From contig CAWCLO010000010.1 of the NCBI GenBank assembly GCA_963796455.1, positions 1-64,000 on the forward strand: a stretch of DNA of 64,000 bases, read 5' to 3'. This document shows positions 18,915 to 29,956 of the stretch, piece by piece. The position numbers were made by a program, and so were the translations under genes. Source of the stretch: Candidatus Sulfomarinibacteraceae bacterium (GTDB lineage: Bacteria > Acidobacteriota > Thermoanaerobaculia > Thermoanaerobaculales > Sulfomarinibacteraceae). Position 1 is the first letter of the stretch, and each line of letters starts with the position of its first letter. The notes under the pieces were generated by a model, which worked only from the letters and a program-made list of their open reading frames with translations, was not told where the DNA came from and ran no database searches.

Positions 18915-19664
18915 CTAATGTTCTTCGGACGGGACTGCACCATTGAGATAGGCCATCGTCAACATGATGAAGATGAAGGCCTGTAAAACTGCGCCGAAAA
19001 TACCGAGGCCCATCATCGGCCACGGCAGAATGAGCGGAAACATCACAAAAAAGATCCCGGTTGCCGTGTGCTCGCCGAAGATATTGCCAAAGAGACGGAG
19101 GGCGAGGGACAGGATCCGCGCGAGGTGGGAAATAATCTCGATCGGGATCATCAGTGGGGCCAACAAGGGCAGCGGGCCGGCAAAGTGTTTGAGGTACTTG
19201 AAAAGGCCGTTGTCCTTGATGCCGACGAGGTTGTAGAAGAGAAAAGCCGTTATCGAAAGGGCGAAGGTCGTGTTCGGGTTGGCCGTCGGGGGCTGCACGA
19301 AGTAGAAGAGCCCAAAAATATTACCGACAAAAATAAAGATCGCCAGACCGAGGATGAACGGCAAAAACCGCTTACCGAAGCCGTGACCGACCACATCTTC
19401 GATCAGATCTTCGAGGCCGGTGATGAGAATCTCAAAGACCTGTTGGATCTTTCCGGGAGATTCTACGGACAGCTTGCGGCTGGTTGGAATCGCAACAAGG
19501 GCGACCAAAGTCACCACCAGCATGGACATCACGACGTGATCCGGAAGCCAGTAGCCCGCTTCGTGGAGACCCATCAACTCCTGGTATCGGTGGCTCGACT
19601 CGCCGAAAAGCGAAACCAGGAGCCTGTTGATCGGGTGGTAGAGAAATGATACCGGATGATGCAA
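18915..19664 (-). CDS. atpB: ATP synthase F0 subunit a (probable TTG start after GGAGG)
   Basis: PPTANPN, SLALRLFGNI, LQAFIFIMLTMAY. Confidence 0.95.
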   Translation of the reverse strand: MHHPVSFLYHPINRLLVSLFGESSHRYQELMGLHEAGYWLPDHVVMSMLVVTLVALVAIPTSRKLSVESPGKIQQVFEILITGLEDLIEDVVGHGFGKRFLPFILGLAIFIFVGNIFGLFYFVQPPTANPNTTFALSITAFLFYNLVGIKDNGLFKYLKHFAGPLPLLAPLMIPIEIISHLARILSLALRLFGNIFGEHTATGIFFVMFPLILPWPMMGLGIFGAVLQAFIFIMLTMAYLNGAVPSEEH

Positions 19665-19665
19665 A

Positions 19666-20049
19666 TCAACCTCCTCCAACTCGCGTCTGGCGAAGACCCT
19701 CGATGATGATCGCCACGACCAGCGTCGAGAACCCGAGCGCAACCGCTACCGCGTCGAATCGCGGCACCAATACGATTGCCGCGAGTATGCCGGCCAAGAG
19801 GATCATGCGCCCGATAAATCGCATCGCAGTCCAGCGGTCGATCCGTGGTCTGCCGGGTTGAACGACCCGATGCACGATCACCTCCAGCCAACGGAAATTG
19901 ATCATAGCCACGAGTCCCGCCGCGGTCAAGCTCAAAGCGCCAATCCATGTGCGAAAAAGCACAAGTTCTGTCGCAGCACCCAAAAACACCAAAAATCCGG
20001 CAATCCGGAGGACCCGTTGAGACGAAAAATCATCATTCTCACCGGCCAT
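19666..20049 (-). CDS. atpI: ATP synthase protein I
   Basis: Four-TM protein immediately upstream of atpB. Confidence 0.75.
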   Translation of the reverse strand: MAGENDDFSSQRVLRIAGFLVFLGAATELVLFRTWIGALSLTAAGLVAMINFRWLEVIVHRVVQPGRPRIDRWTAMRFIGRMILLAGILAAIVLVPRFDAVAVALGFSTLVVAIIIEGLRQTRVGGG

Positions 20050-20338
20050 CGGTCGAATCGTCCGTGGAGCTGTTTTCGGCGTCCTCCAGGGCATCCAACT
20101 GACGCTCTGCCTCACCCGCCTGGGCGGTGATCCGGAAGAGGTTGACAAAACCCGCAACGATGCCAAAAAGCGAAAAAACAGCCATCAACCAGGGATCGGT
20201 GCCGAATTGTCGATCGAGCCAACGACCGAAGAAAAATCCAAGCGCGATGGCAACCGGAAACTGGATGCCGATGACCGAAACATCGAGCCAGAGGCGCGCC
20301 CTCCGAAGTTGCTTCTTGCGCCCAGCCACCAGCTCCAT
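20039..20338 (-). CDS. atpZ: AtpZ/AtpI family protein
   Basis: GRWLDRQFGTDPW...GIVAGF motif. Confidence 0.85.
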   Translation of the reverse strand: MELVAGRKKQLRRARLWLDVSVIGIQFPVAIALGFFFGRWLDRQFGTDPWLMAVFSLFGIVAGFVNLFRITAQAGEAERQLDALEDAENSSTDDSTDGR

Positions 20339-20374
20339 CCTTCCTGCGGCCGTCTCAGGCGAGACGGCGTCGAT

Positions 20375-21832
20375 TCACATCCCCAAGGCGCCGATCGCCC
20401 CCTTCGCCCAACCGACCAGCATGGTCGGATAGATGCCGACAACCAGAGTGACGATGACACAGACTGCAATCACGGCCTCGGTCCAGCGATCACTGAGAAG
20501 CTCGGCAGGCTCTGCGCCCTCCTCGCTTCCGTCCCGCAGATACATCTGGACCACGATCCGGAAGTAGTAGTAGAGACTCACCGCCGACATCACCACCGCG
20601 ATCAGAGTCAGGATCACATAGCCCGCCTCGACGGCAGCGGCAAAGAGATAGAGTTTGCCCATGAAACCGGCCGTCGGCGGGATCCCTGCCAGAGCCAACA
20701 TGAAGATCAGCATTCCGAGCGCGGCCCGCGGGTGCCTTCGCGAAAGACCCGCGTAGTCGTTGATCTCCTCGCCGGCGTAGCTCTTGGATTCGAGGAGGAT
20801 CACGAAACCGAATGCTCCGAGGTTCATGAAGGCGTAGATCACCATATATACCAACAGCGCCCAGGCACCCATCGCATTGGCGGCCACGATCCCCATCAGG
20901 GCATATCCACCGTGCCCGATCGAAGAGTATGCAAGCATTCGTTTGACGTTGTTCTGAGTCAAAGCGGCCACGTTTCCATAGATCATCGTCGCCGCCGCGG
21001 CCACCCACATGATCACCCGCCAGTACTCCACCTCCGGCGCGAACGCACCGAGGAAGAGACGCATGAACATCGCAAAGGCCGCGGCCTTCGGGGCCACCGA
21101 GATAAACGCTGTGACCGGCGTCGGAGCTCCCTCATAGGCATCGGGCGACCAGACATGGAAGGGAACTGCCGCCACCTTGAAAAGCATGCCGAAACCGACC
21201 AGGATGACTCCCAGCACCAGCATCGGGTTGGACGACGGCATGGCAGATCGAATGGCTTCGAGATCCAAAGTGCCGAGGCTGCCGTAAATCAATGAGATTC
21301 CATACAGCAGAATCGCCGACGACGCGGCGCCGAGCACGAAGTACTTGACCGCAGCCTCGTTCGATTTCAGCTCGAGCTTGAAGTAGCCGACCAATACATA
21401 GACCGAGAGGGCCATCAACTCGAGACCGACATAGAGACTGACGAGGTTGGCGCCTGAAGCCATGATCATCATGCCGACGACGGCAAAAAGAACCAACGAC
21501 ACGAACTCCCCGCCGCCATAGTTCGAGCGCTCGAGGAAACCCGCCGCCATGAGGATTGCCAATGCCGACGCGATCAGAATCAGGAGCTTGAAGAAGACGG
21601 CCATATTGTCGATCACCAGCATGTCGCCGAGAATCGACAAGGGCCCGTCAACCGGGCGCCCTACCTGCCACACCAACGCGGCCGTGACGACCAGTGATGA
21701 GACCCCCACCAGGGAGACGGTGCGAACACCCGTCCTCCCGAGCCGGACTCCCAACAAAAGAACCAGGAATCCCGCGCCGGCGAGGAAGATCTCCGGCAAA
21801 AACGGTATGAACTGCTCGAGGGTCATGGTCAT
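20375..21832 (-). CDS. nuoN: NADH-quinone oxidoreductase subunit N
   Basis: EAAVKYF, FKVAAVPFHVWSPDAYEGAP, KRMLAYSSIGH. Confidence 0.95.
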   Translation of the reverse strand: MTMTLEQFIPFLPEIFLAGAGFLVLLLGVRLGRTGVRTVSLVGVSSLVVTAALVWQVGRPVDGPLSILGDMLVIDNMAVFFKLLILIASALAILMAAGFLERSNYGGGEFVSLVLFAVVGMMIMASGANLVSLYVGLELMALSVYVLVGYFKLELKSNEAAVKYFVLGAASSAILLYGISLIYGSLGTLDLEAIRSAMPSSNPMLVLGVILVGFGMLFKVAAVPFHVWSPDAYEGAPTPVTAFISVAPKAAAFAMFMRLFLGAFAPEVEYWRVIMWVAAAATMIYGNVAALTQNNVKRMLAYSSIGHGGYALMGIVAANAMGAWALLVYMVIYAFMNLGAFGFVILLESKSYAGEEINDYAGLSRRHPRAALGMLIFMLALAGIPPTAGFMGKLYLFAAAVEAGYVILTLIAVVMSAVSLYYYFRIVVQMYLRDGSEEGAEPAELLSDRWTEAVIAVCVIVTLVVGIYPTMLVGWAKGAIGALGM

Positions 21833-21835
21833 GAC

Positions 21836-23455
21836 CTACTCCCCATGCTCTCCCGAATGCTCTTCTTCCGGCACAGCCGCGATCTCGGCAACGTGACCGG
21901 CCGCCGTCTGTGCATCCGCCGGCAACGCGTGCTCGATGCGGTCCATCAGTTTGTCGACGGTCGGCGCCATGCGATCGAAGAAGGGCTTCGGATAGAGTCC
22001 GATCCAGAAGGCCACGATGACCAGTGGGATCAGGGTCCACTGTTCGCGGCGATTGAGATCAGGGAGATCCTTGTTCTTTTCATTCGACAACTCACCAAAG
22101 AAGACTCTCTGGTAGAGCCACAACATATAGGCGGCGCCGAGGACGATGCCCGAGGCCGCAAAGAGCGCCCACACCCAACTGTGGTTGTAGGCACCGATCA
22201 AAATGGTGAACTCGCCGATGAAACCGTTTAAAGTCGGCAATCCGATCGACGACATGGTGATGATGAGGAAGAAGGTCGCGTAGAGCGGCATCACCTTGGC
22301 CAGACCGCCATACTCGGCGATCATCCGATTGTGCCGCCGTTCGTAGACGATGCCGACGAGCAGGAAGAGTGCGCCGGTGGACACGCCGTGGTTGAGCATC
22401 TGCAGGATCGAGCCCCGAAGACCGGCCTCATTGAGGGCGAACATACCCAGCATCACGAAGCCCATGTGGCTCACCGACGAGTAGGCGACCAACTTCTTCA
22501 TGTCCTTCTGGGCCATCGCCACCAACGCGCCGTAGATGATGGCGATGATCGCCAACACCCCGACCCAACCGACGGCCGCAACCGTTGCGTCGGGCAGGAT
22601 CGGCAGGGAGAAACGGATGAAGCCATAGGTCCCCATTTTCAGGAGGACGGCGGCCAGGATCACCGATCCGGCGGTGGGCGCCTCGACGTGGGCGTCGGGC
22701 AGCCAGGTGTGGAAGGGGAACATGGGCACCTTGATGGCAAAACCGACAAAGAACGCCAGGAAGACCCAGAACTGGACCCCCGCGGGAATCATCGGGGCAA
22801 TCGTGTACAGATGCGGAATCGCGAAAGTTGCCGGATTTCCGAGCCCTTCAAGCCCGATGGCGGCCAAACCGGTCGAGTTGTAGAAGTAGAGGGTCAGGAT
22901 GCCGACGAGCATCAGAACCGAACCCACCAGGGTGTAGAGGAAGAACTTGATCGCGGCATAGAGCCGGCGCGGTCCACCCCAGACGCCGATCAGGAAGTAC
23001 ATGGGGACGAGCATGACTTCCCAGAAGACGTAGAAGAGTACGAAGTCCAGCGAGCAGAAGACCCCGAGCATTCCGGTCTGCAGCAGCAGCAGAAAGATGT
23101 AGTACTCCTTCTGGCGCTCGCTGATCGCGGTGAACGACGAGTAGATCGCGATCAGCCCGAGCAGGGTAGTGAGCAGGATCAAGAGCACGGCAAAGCCGTC
23201 AACTCCGAACAGATACTGCACCCCTATCGAGGGGATCCAATCGAACTGGGTCGCGAACTGGAATTCCTCACCGCCGGGCTTGTAGAGGAACCACAGCGGG
23301 ATCGAGACCACGAAATCGACCGCCGCCACCGCCGTCGCCCAGAACTTCAAGGACTTGGAATCGTCCTTGTTGACAAAGGCCATCATGAGCAGCGCTCCTG
23401 CCAGCGGCAGGTAAACGATCAGGTTGAGAAGCCATCCGTATTGAAAGTCCATCAT
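21836..23455 (-). CDS. nuoM: NADH-quinone oxidoreductase subunit M
   Basis: FWEVMLVPMY, PFHTWLPDAHVEAP, LLKMGTYG. Confidence 0.96.
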   Translation of the reverse strand: MMDFQYGWLLNLIVYLPLAGALLMMAFVNKDDSKSLKFWATAVAAVDFVVSIPLWFLYKPGGEEFQFATQFDWIPSIGVQYLFGVDGFAVLLILLTTLLGLIAIYSSFTAISERQKEYYIFLLLLQTGMLGVFCSLDFVLFYVFWEVMLVPMYFLIGVWGGPRRLYAAIKFFLYTLVGSVLMLVGILTLYFYNSTGLAAIGLEGLGNPATFAIPHLYTIAPMIPAGVQFWVFLAFFVGFAIKVPMFPFHTWLPDAHVEAPTAGSVILAAVLLKMGTYGFIRFSLPILPDATVAAVGWVGVLAIIAIIYGALVAMAQKDMKKLVAYSSVSHMGFVMLGMFALNEAGLRGSILQMLNHGVSTGALFLLVGIVYERRHNRMIAEYGGLAKVMPLYATFFLIITMSSIGLPTLNGFIGEFTILIGAYNHSWVWALFAASGIVLGAAYMLWLYQRVFFGELSNEKNKDLPDLNRREQWTLIPLVIVAFWIGLYPKPFFDRMAPTVDKLMDRIEHALPADAQTAAGHVAEIAAVPEEEHSGEHGE

Positions 23456-23461
23456 CGTCCC

Positions 23462-25555
23462 CTAATTCATTTTCAAGACGTAGTAGATGCCGAGCAGCAC
23501 CGCCGCTCCAAAGACCATCACCATCGCGTAGCCCTGAGCGAACCCGACCTGCAGGCGACGGAACCAACGACTTGCAACGTCGTAGCTCCGGGCCACCAGG
23601 TTGACCGCGCCGTCCACCACCTTGAGATCGAAGATCCCCGAAACGAAGGACCAACCGACCGTCGACAGCGCCGTGCCGTTGACCGCGCCGTCGACCACCC
23701 GGGCATCGAACTCCCACAGGAAGCGCGAGAGTTTGACGGTGCCCTTGATGATCGTTGCGTCATAGATTTCATCGACCCAGTATTTGTTGAGCAGCAATTT
23801 GTAGGCGAAGGGAAAACGTTCGGCCAGGGCGCGGGCCTTGACGAACTCCGCATCCACCTTGTACATGCGGTAGGCAATCCAGATACCCAGGGAGGCCACC
23901 GCAACCGAAAGCGCCACCAGACCCCACTCGAGACCCAGACTGACCGCATGGCCGTGCTCACCGTGGCTCAGGATCACCGGTTCGAGGAAACGATCGATAA
24001 AGCTCCAGCCCTCGAGGTGGAAGAGTTGACCCGGGAATCCGATCAGGAGCCCGCCGAAGATCGAGAGGACAGCCAGCACCTGCAACGGCAGGGTCATCGT
24101 CCACGGCGACTCGTGGAGGTGGTGTTCGGCTTCTTCACCACCACGGAATTTTCCGAAGAAGGTCATGAAGACCAGGCGGAACATATAAAAAGCGGTCATA
24201 CCGGCGCCGGCAAGGGCCAGGAACCAGAGCACGAAGTAGATCCCACCAAAACCGTTGAGGTCGGTGTAACCGGCTTCGAAGGCCTTCGCCAGGATCGCAT
24301 CCTTGGAGACAAAACCGGCCAGGGGCGGGATCCCTGCAATCGCAATCGTCGCCACCAGGAAAGTCCAATAGGTTTTGGGCATGTACTTCTTGAGCCCACC
24401 CATTTTGCGCATGTCCTGCTCGCCGCCGCAGGCGTGGATCACCGATCCTGAACCGAGGAAGAGGCAGGCCTTGAAAAACGCATGGGTCACGACGTGGAAG
24501 ATGGCGGCCACGTAGGCGCCGACTCCCGCGGCCAGGAACATATATCCGAGCTGCGAGACCGTCGAGTAGGCGAGGACCTTTTTGATGTCGTTCTGCACCA
24601 ATCCGATGGTGGCCGCAAACACTGCGGTGAAACCGCCGACCACCGCCACCACCAACATGGCGTCCGGACTGACGGTGTAGAAGTAGTTGCAGCGGGCCAC
24701 CATATAAACACCCGCGGTCACCATGGTCGCGGCGTGGATCAGGGCGGAGACGGGCGTCGGGCCCGCCATCGCATCCGGCAACCAGACGAAGAGCGGAATC
24801 TGGGCCGACTTACCGACCGCACCGATAAAGAGCAGGATCCCGATGACCAAAGCCGCGGCGGTGTAGTGACCGTGGTGGTCGGCCTGCATCGCCGACAGGA
24901 GGCCGGAGAACTCGAGTGTCCCGAAGGCCATGAAGGTGGCAAAGATCGCGAGGATGAAACCGAAGTCACCGATCCGGTTGACGATAAACGCCTTTTTGCC
25001 GGCCGACGCACACCAGTCCTTTTCGAAATAGAAACCGATCAGGAGGTAGGAGCAGAGACCCACGCCTTCCCAACCGACAAAGAGCACCAACAGATTCGAC
25101 CCGGTAACGAGGGTCAGCATGGCGAACATGAAGAGGTTGAGATAGGAGAAGTAGCGGGCGTAGGCTCGGTCGGGCTCGCCGTGCATGTAGCCGACCGAGT
25201 AGAGGTGAATCAGAAAACCGACGAAGGTGACGAAACCGAGCATCACCGCCGAAAGGGGATCCACCTGAAAGGAGGCCGATATATCCACCGCCACTTCGCG
25301 GCCGCCGGCAATGGTGAGGTTGCCGCCCGTGATCCAGGTAAAAGCCTTGACCACATAGGGATGGTGGCGATCTTCGGTGAAATACCACTGGATGACGGCG
25401 CCCCAGCCCCAGAGCCAGGCCGCTCCCGAGGCGAGCAACGCCACCGTGTGGGTTGTCTTCTTCGGCAACCCGAGACGGTTCGAAACGAGCCCGTTGAACA
25501 CCGCTCCCAGCAGTGGGAAGAGGGGCACGAGCCAGATGAAGTCGTAAAGTTTCAT
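23462..25555 (-). CDS. nuoL: NADH-quinone oxidoreductase subunit L
   Basis: GWEGVGLCSYLLIGF, WLPDAMAGPTPVSALIHAATMV. Confidence 0.96.
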   Translation of the reverse strand: MKLYDFIWLVPLFPLLGAVFNGLVSNRLGLPKKTTHTVALLASGAAWLWGWGAVIQWYFTEDRHHPYVVKAFTWITGGNLTIAGGREVAVDISASFQVDPLSAVMLGFVTFVGFLIHLYSVGYMHGEPDRAYARYFSYLNLFMFAMLTLVTGSNLLVLFVGWEGVGLCSYLLIGFYFEKDWCASAGKKAFIVNRIGDFGFILAIFATFMAFGTLEFSGLLSAMQADHHGHYTAAALVIGILLFIGAVGKSAQIPLFVWLPDAMAGPTPVSALIHAATMVTAGVYMVARCNYFYTVSPDAMLVVAVVGGFTAVFAATIGLVQNDIKKVLAYSTVSQLGYMFLAAGVGAYVAAIFHVVTHAFFKACLFLGSGSVIHACGGEQDMRKMGGLKKYMPKTYWTFLVATIAIAGIPPLAGFVSKDAILAKAFEAGYTDLNGFGGIYFVLWFLALAGAGMTAFYMFRLVFMTFFGKFRGGEEAEHHLHESPWTMTLPLQVLAVLSIFGGLLIGFPGQLFHLEGWSFIDRFLEPVILSHGEHGHAVSLGLEWGLVALSVAVASLGIWIAYRMYKVDAEFVKARALAERFPFAYKLLLNKYWVDEIYDATIIKGTVKLSRFLWEFDARVVDGAVNGTALSTVGWSFVSGIFDLKVVDGAVNLVARSYDVASRWFRRLQVGFAQGYAMVMVFGAAVLLGIYYVLKMN

Positions 25556-25558
25556 CCC

Positions 25559-25861
25559 TTAACTCCGCATCAGGTCGGCCTCGTCCAGGGCCACCGTGTC
25601 CTTCAGTCGAACCAGGGCGATGATCAAACCGAGCCCGATGGCGGCCTCGGCGGCGGCGACGGTGATGACGAAGATCGCCAACACCTGACCGGTGAGATCG
25701 CCGAGCTGGAACGAAAAGGCGATCAGATTGATGTTGACGGCGTTGAACATCAGTTCCAGCGACATCAGCACCGTGATGAAGTTGCGACGAACCATGACTC
25801 CGATGAGACCGAGACCGAAGAGGATCAGCGAAAGCACGACATAGTGGGTGGCTCCGATCAC
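25559..25861 (-). CDS. nuoK: NADH-quinone oxidoreductase subunit K
   Basis: LMSLELMFNAVN, AAAEAAIGL. Confidence 0.95.
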   Translation of the reverse strand: MIGATHYVVLSLILFGLGLIGVMVRRNFITVLMSLELMFNAVNINLIAFSFQLGDLTGQVLAIFVITVAAAEAAIGLGLIIALVRLKDTVALDEADLMRS

Positions 25862-26433
25862 GACTCCACCCCCTTCCCACCGTCTGCAAGGGCGGCGTCG
25901 CGACGACCAAAGACGATGGCGCCGATCATGGCGACCAGCAGGACCACCGAAACCACCTCGAAGGGCACCAGGTATTTGGTGTAGAGCATCCAGCCCACGG
26001 CCTCGGTGTTGCCGACCGATTCATCATTGACCATCTGCAGGGCCGCCGAGTCACCGCCTCCGGCAGCCATCGAACCCAGCAGGATGCCGATCGCGAGGAG
26101 CGCGCCGAGCAGCACACCGCCGAGAATCGCCAACGGAGCGATACCCGAGAGGAAGACATCTTCCGGCCGCAGTTCCTTGACCCGCACCAGCATGATCACG
26201 AAGAGGTAGAGCACCATGATGCCGCCGGCGTAGACGAGCACCTGCACGGCGGCCAGGAACTCGGCGTGCTCGAGGACAAAGAGAACCGCCACCATGACAA
26301 AGGTCCCGAGCAGGGCGAGCGCCGAGTGCACGGGGCTCTTGAAGGCGATCACCCCGATGCCTCCAGCCACAGTCAGCGCTGCGACCACATAGAAGATGAT
26401 CGCGCTGAAATTTTCAATCAGGAATTCCATCAA
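25858..26433 (-). CDS. nuoJ: NADH-quinone oxidoreductase subunit J
   Basis: QVLVYAGGIMVLYLFVIML, PFEVVS. Confidence 0.95.
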   Translation of the reverse strand: MMEFLIENFSAIIFYVVAALTVAGGIGVIAFKSPVHSALALLGTFVMVAVLFVLEHAEFLAAVQVLVYAGGIMVLYLFVIMLVRVKELRPEDVFLSGIAPLAILGGVLLGALLAIGILLGSMAAGGGDSAALQMVNDESVGNTEAVGWMLYTKYLVPFEVVSVVLLVAMIGAIVFGRRDAALADGGKGVES

Positions 26434-26444
26434 CCAGCTCCTTC

Positions 26445-27002
26445 TCAGGACGGCGTTTCGTCGCCGGCCGCCGGCTCGACTTCGAGCTTCTTCATCGGTG
26501 AGGATGGGTCCTGGCCGTCAATGGGTCGGACTACTCCCGGGAAGGCATTCATGCCCTCCCAGTTGGCGAGCCGCTCCTTGTCGTAGTACAGGGCCTCGTT
26601 GCGCTCATAGACAGTGGCCTCGTAGCTCAGGGTGGTCAACCAGATCGCCTTGGGCTCGGTCGGGCACGCCTCTTCGCACAGACCACAGAACATGCAACGT
26701 TTCACATCGATGTCGTAACGGTCGATGATTTTCTTCTTCTTTTTCTTTTCGCCGACCATCTCGACCTCGGTGTGATCGGTGATGAAGATGATGTCGATGG
26801 GGCAGGCCTTGGCGCAGAGGTGGCAGTCGATGCAGCGCTCGAGGTCGTAGCCGAACATGCCGCGAAAACGGTCCTTTGGCTGCAACTTCTTTTCGGGATA
26901 CTGAACCGTCTCATTCTTGCCAAAGAGATTTCTGCCCGTCACCCCCATCCCGGCGAAGAGGTCGGTCGGGATCAGTTTGCGAACGAATTCAGCAACACTC
27001 AT
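26445..27002 (-). CDS. nuoI: NADH-quinone oxidoreductase subunit I
   Basis: Two CxxCxxCxxxCP motifs. Confidence 0.95.
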   Translation of the reverse strand: MSVAEFVRKLIPTDLFAGMGVTGRNLFGKNETVQYPEKKLQPKDRFRGMFGYDLERCIDCHLCAKACPIDIIFITDHTEVEMVGEKKKKKKIIDRYDIDVKRCMFCGLCEEACPTEPKAIWLTTLSYEATVYERNEALYYDKERLANWEGMNAFPGVVRPIDGQDPSSPMKKLEVEPAAGDETPS

Positions 27003-27006
27003 AGGC

Positions 27007-28041
27007 TCAACCCTTCAGGAGCAACACGCCCAGCGCCACCAACACGACGTTGGCCAGCGACAGGGGCAGAAGCCATTTCCAACCGATGTGCATCAGCTGG
27101 TCGAAGCGATAACGCGGGAAGGTCCCACGGAACCAGATGTAGACGAAGATAAAGGACAGCATCTTGCCGTAGAACCAGAGGACCGGCGGGATCAGATCGA
27201 GGAAGGCCAGGAATTCCACATTCGGGAAGGGCCGCAGCCAACCACCAAAGAAGAAGATCACCGCCAGCGAGGAAACGATCATCATGTTGATGTACTCGGC
27301 AAGATAAAAAAGCGCGAACTTCATCCCGGAATACTCGGTGTGGAAGCCGGCAACAAGCTCGGCCTCGGCCTCGGGCAGATCGAAGGGGTTGCGGTTGGTT
27401 TCGGCCACACCGCAGATGAAATAGATGCCGAAGGCGAGAATGCCGGGAAAGATGAACCAGAGGTGAGCCGCGCGCTGGGCCTCGACGATGCCCACCAGGG
27501 ACAGGGTTCCGGCCATCAGGATCACCGACACGATGGCGAAGCCCATCGGGACCTCATAGGAGACCATCTGCGCCGCCGAGCGAAGACCACCCATCAGCGA
27601 AAATTTGTTGTTCGAGGCCCAGCCACCGAGGATGAGTCCATAAACCCCGACCGATGACACCCCGAGGATGAAGAGCACGGCAATGTTGATATCGGTGAGA
27701 AACGGCGTCATTTCGATACCGAAGAGGGTGAAATTCTCACCCCACGGGATTACCGCCCAGATGAGGACGGCGGGGGCAAAGATCAGGATCGGCGCGAGCA
27801 CGAAGACGAATCTTTCGGCGCGGCCGGGAATCAGATCTTCTTTGACAAAGAGCTTCAGACCATCGGCAATGGGCTGCAGCCAGCCCTTGGGTCCTACCCG
27901 GTTGGGACCGAGCCGAACCTGCATATAGGCCAGGATCTTGCGCTCGGCATAGGTGAGATAGGCCATCGTCAGCATCACCACACCAAGGATGACGACACCC
28001 TTGATAAGGGGAATGCCGATATAGAACATGAAATCGTTCAT
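27007..28041 (-). CDS. nuoH: NADH-quinone oxidoreductase subunit H
   Basis: RLGPNRVGP, PFDLPEAEAELVAG. Confidence 0.96.
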   Translation of the reverse strand: MNDFMFYIGIPLIKGVVILGVVMLTMAYLTYAERKILAYMQVRLGPNRVGPKGWLQPIADGLKLFVKEDLIPGRAERFVFVLAPILIFAPAVLIWAVIPWGENFTLFGIEMTPFLTDINIAVLFILGVSSVGVYGLILGGWASNNKFSLMGGLRSAAQMVSYEVPMGFAIVSVILMAGTLSLVGIVEAQRAAHLWFIFPGILAFGIYFICGVAETNRNPFDLPEAEAELVAGFHTEYSGMKFALFYLAEYINMMIVSSLAVIFFFGGWLRPFPNVEFLAFLDLIPPVLWFYGKMLSFIFVYIWFRGTFPRYRFDQLMHIGWKWLLPLSLANVVLVALGVLLLKG

Positions 28042-29162
28042 CGATCAATCTCCCCGAGGACGATGTCGAGTGTGCCGATCACAGCAATCAGGTCGGCAAC
28101 CAGTGAACCTTCGACCATCGCCGGAAGCATCTGCAGGTTGACGAAGGACGGCGGCCGCACGTGGCAGCGATAGGGCGCGGTGCCCTTCGGAGTGGCGACG
28201 ATGAAGTAGCCGAGCTCACCCTTCGGTGCTTCGACCGCACCGTAGACCATGCCCGATTCCTTGGTGCGCAGGATCTTCGGCACCCGCGCCATGTAAGGTC
28301 CATCCGGCATGCGATCGAGGCATTGACGGATGATCCGCACCGACTGCCGCATCTCCTCCATCCGCACCAGGTAACGATCGTAGGTATCGCCTTTTTTGCC
28401 GATCGGAATATCAAAATCGATCTCGTCGTAGCGATCGTAGGGAAAGACCTTGCGGATATCCCACTGGACACCGGATCCCCGAAGAGGCGGCCCGGTAAGA
28501 CCCCATTCGATGGCGTCTTCGGGCGACACGATGGCGACATCGATGGTCCGCTTCTTCCAGATGCGGTTCTCGGTCAGCAGATTTTCGTATTCGTCGATAT
28601 GGGCGTTGAAACCGTCCGCCAGCTCCGAGCAGCGTTCCAGCCAACCATCAGGCAGCTCAAAGGGCACGCCGCCGATCTTCATGGTGTTGAGGGTCAAGCG
28701 CGCGCCACAGTACTCCTCGAAGAGATCGAGAATGGCATCGCGTTCGCGGAAGGTATAGAAAAACGGTGTGATGGCGCCGATGTCGACCGCGTGGGTAGCC
28801 AACCACACCAGATGTGAAGCCAGACGCTGCAATTCGGCCAGGATCATCCGGATATAGGCGGCGCGCGGCGGGATGGTGATTCCGAGCAGCTTCTCCATGG
28901 TGATGCAGAAGCCCTGGTTGTTGGTCGCCGCTGCGACATAGTCCATCCGGTCGGTGTGCGGGATGCACTGTGGGAAATCCATCGTCTCGAAGAGCTTTTC
29001 GGTGCCGCGGTGGAGGTAGCCGATGACCGGTTTGGCCTCCATGATCTTTTCGCCGTCGAGCTTCAATTTGACCCGCAGCACGCCGTGGGTCGCGGGATGC
29101 TGGGGACCGAAGTTGATCTCCATCTCCTCGACATCGAAAAGCGACTGATCGGGAGAAGTCAT
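28038..29162 (-). CDS. nuoD: NADH-quinone oxidoreductase subunit D
   Basis: [28 protein letters not shown]. Confidence 0.96.
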   Translation of the reverse strand: MTSPDQSLFDVEEMEINFGPQHPATHGVLRVKLKLDGEKIMEAKPVIGYLHRGTEKLFETMDFPQCIPHTDRMDYVAAATNNQGFCITMEKLLGITIPPRAAYIRMILAELQRLASHLVWLATHAVDIGAITPFFYTFRERDAILDLFEEYCGARLTLNTMKIGGVPFELPDGWLERCSELADGFNAHIDEYENLLTENRIWKKRTIDVAIVSPEDAIEWGLTGPPLRGSGVQWDIRKVFPYDRYDEIDFDIPIGKKGDTYDRYLVRMEEMRQSVRIIRQCLDRMPDGPYMARVPKILRTKESGMVYGAVEAPKGELGYFIVATPKGTAPYRCHVRPPSFVNLQMLPAMVEGSLVADLIAVIGTLDIVLGEIDR

Positions 29163-29947
29163 GACGCTCCTCCTTCCCCGGTCTCGGGCTCGGCCTCTTC
29201 CACCTGCGGACCACCACCCGGCGGATAGACGTCGGGATAGATGGCAGCGCCGGTGTCGATGCCCTCGAGCGGAAAGTCTTTCCGCAGCGGGTGGCCGTTG
29301 AAGCCTTCCCAGGTCAGAATCCGCTCGAGACCCGGGTGGCCGTCGAAGATGATTCCAAACATGTCGTAGACCTCACGCTCCATCCAGTCGGCGGTTTTCC
29401 ACACCCCGGTGACGCTGGCGATGGTTTCGCCGTCGACCGCAGCGGTGAGTCGGAGCCGTTTGGAATCGTCGTGACGGTGGAGCAAGTAGATCACGTCGAA
29501 GCGGCCCTCTTCGCGATCAAGCCAGTCGATGGCCGTGAGATCGACGAGAAACTTGTAGTCACAATCGTGTTTGAGGAACCGGCACACCTCGACAATACGA
29601 TCGGCGGGCACGGTCAGGGTGACCTCACCGGCGTAACGATCGGCGGCGAGCACGACGCCCGGCATCTCTTTTTCGAGGGTCTGGGCATAGAGGTCATCGG
29701 CCGCATCTTCGTGGGCGGGCGGCACGGGCTTTTCTTCCCACGGGTCCTTTGGCTCGGCCTCTGCGGCCGCCTTCTTGGCCGCCGCCTTGGCCTTGGCCGC
29801 GGCGATCTTGGCCGCCTTTTCTTCGTCGCTGAGCTGTTGTTTCTCGGGCTTGGCTTCCCCTTCGGCAGCGGCCGTATGCTCCGGCGCCTTCTCGTCGGGA
29901 GTCGCTGGGGTCTCTTCAGGCGGAGTGGTGGGCTTTTCGTCGCTCAT
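29159..29947 (-). CDS. nuoC: NADH-quinone oxidoreductase subunit C with a low-complexity N-terminal extension
   Basis: [19 protein letters not shown]. Confidence 0.94.
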   Translation of the reverse strand: MSDEKPTTPPEETPATPDEKAPEHTAAAEGEAKPEKQQLSDEEKAAKIAAAKAKAAAKKAAAEAEPKDPWEEKPVPPAHEDAADDLYAQTLEKEMPGVVLAADRYAGEVTLTVPADRIVEVCRFLKHDCDYKFLVDLTAIDWLDREEGRFDVIYLLHRHDDSKRLRLTAAVDGETIASVTGVWKTADWMEREVYDMFGIIFDGHPGLERILTWEGFNGHPLRKDFPLEGIDTGAAIYPDVYPPGGGPQVEEAEPETGEGGAS

Positions 29948-29956
29948 TCTTCCACC

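Noticed and set aside
22331..25984. Long plus-strand ORFs (706 aa, 500 aa) and similar antisense ORFs elsewhere
   Set aside because: They are shadow frames opposite well-supported genes in GC-rich DNA and show no motifs.
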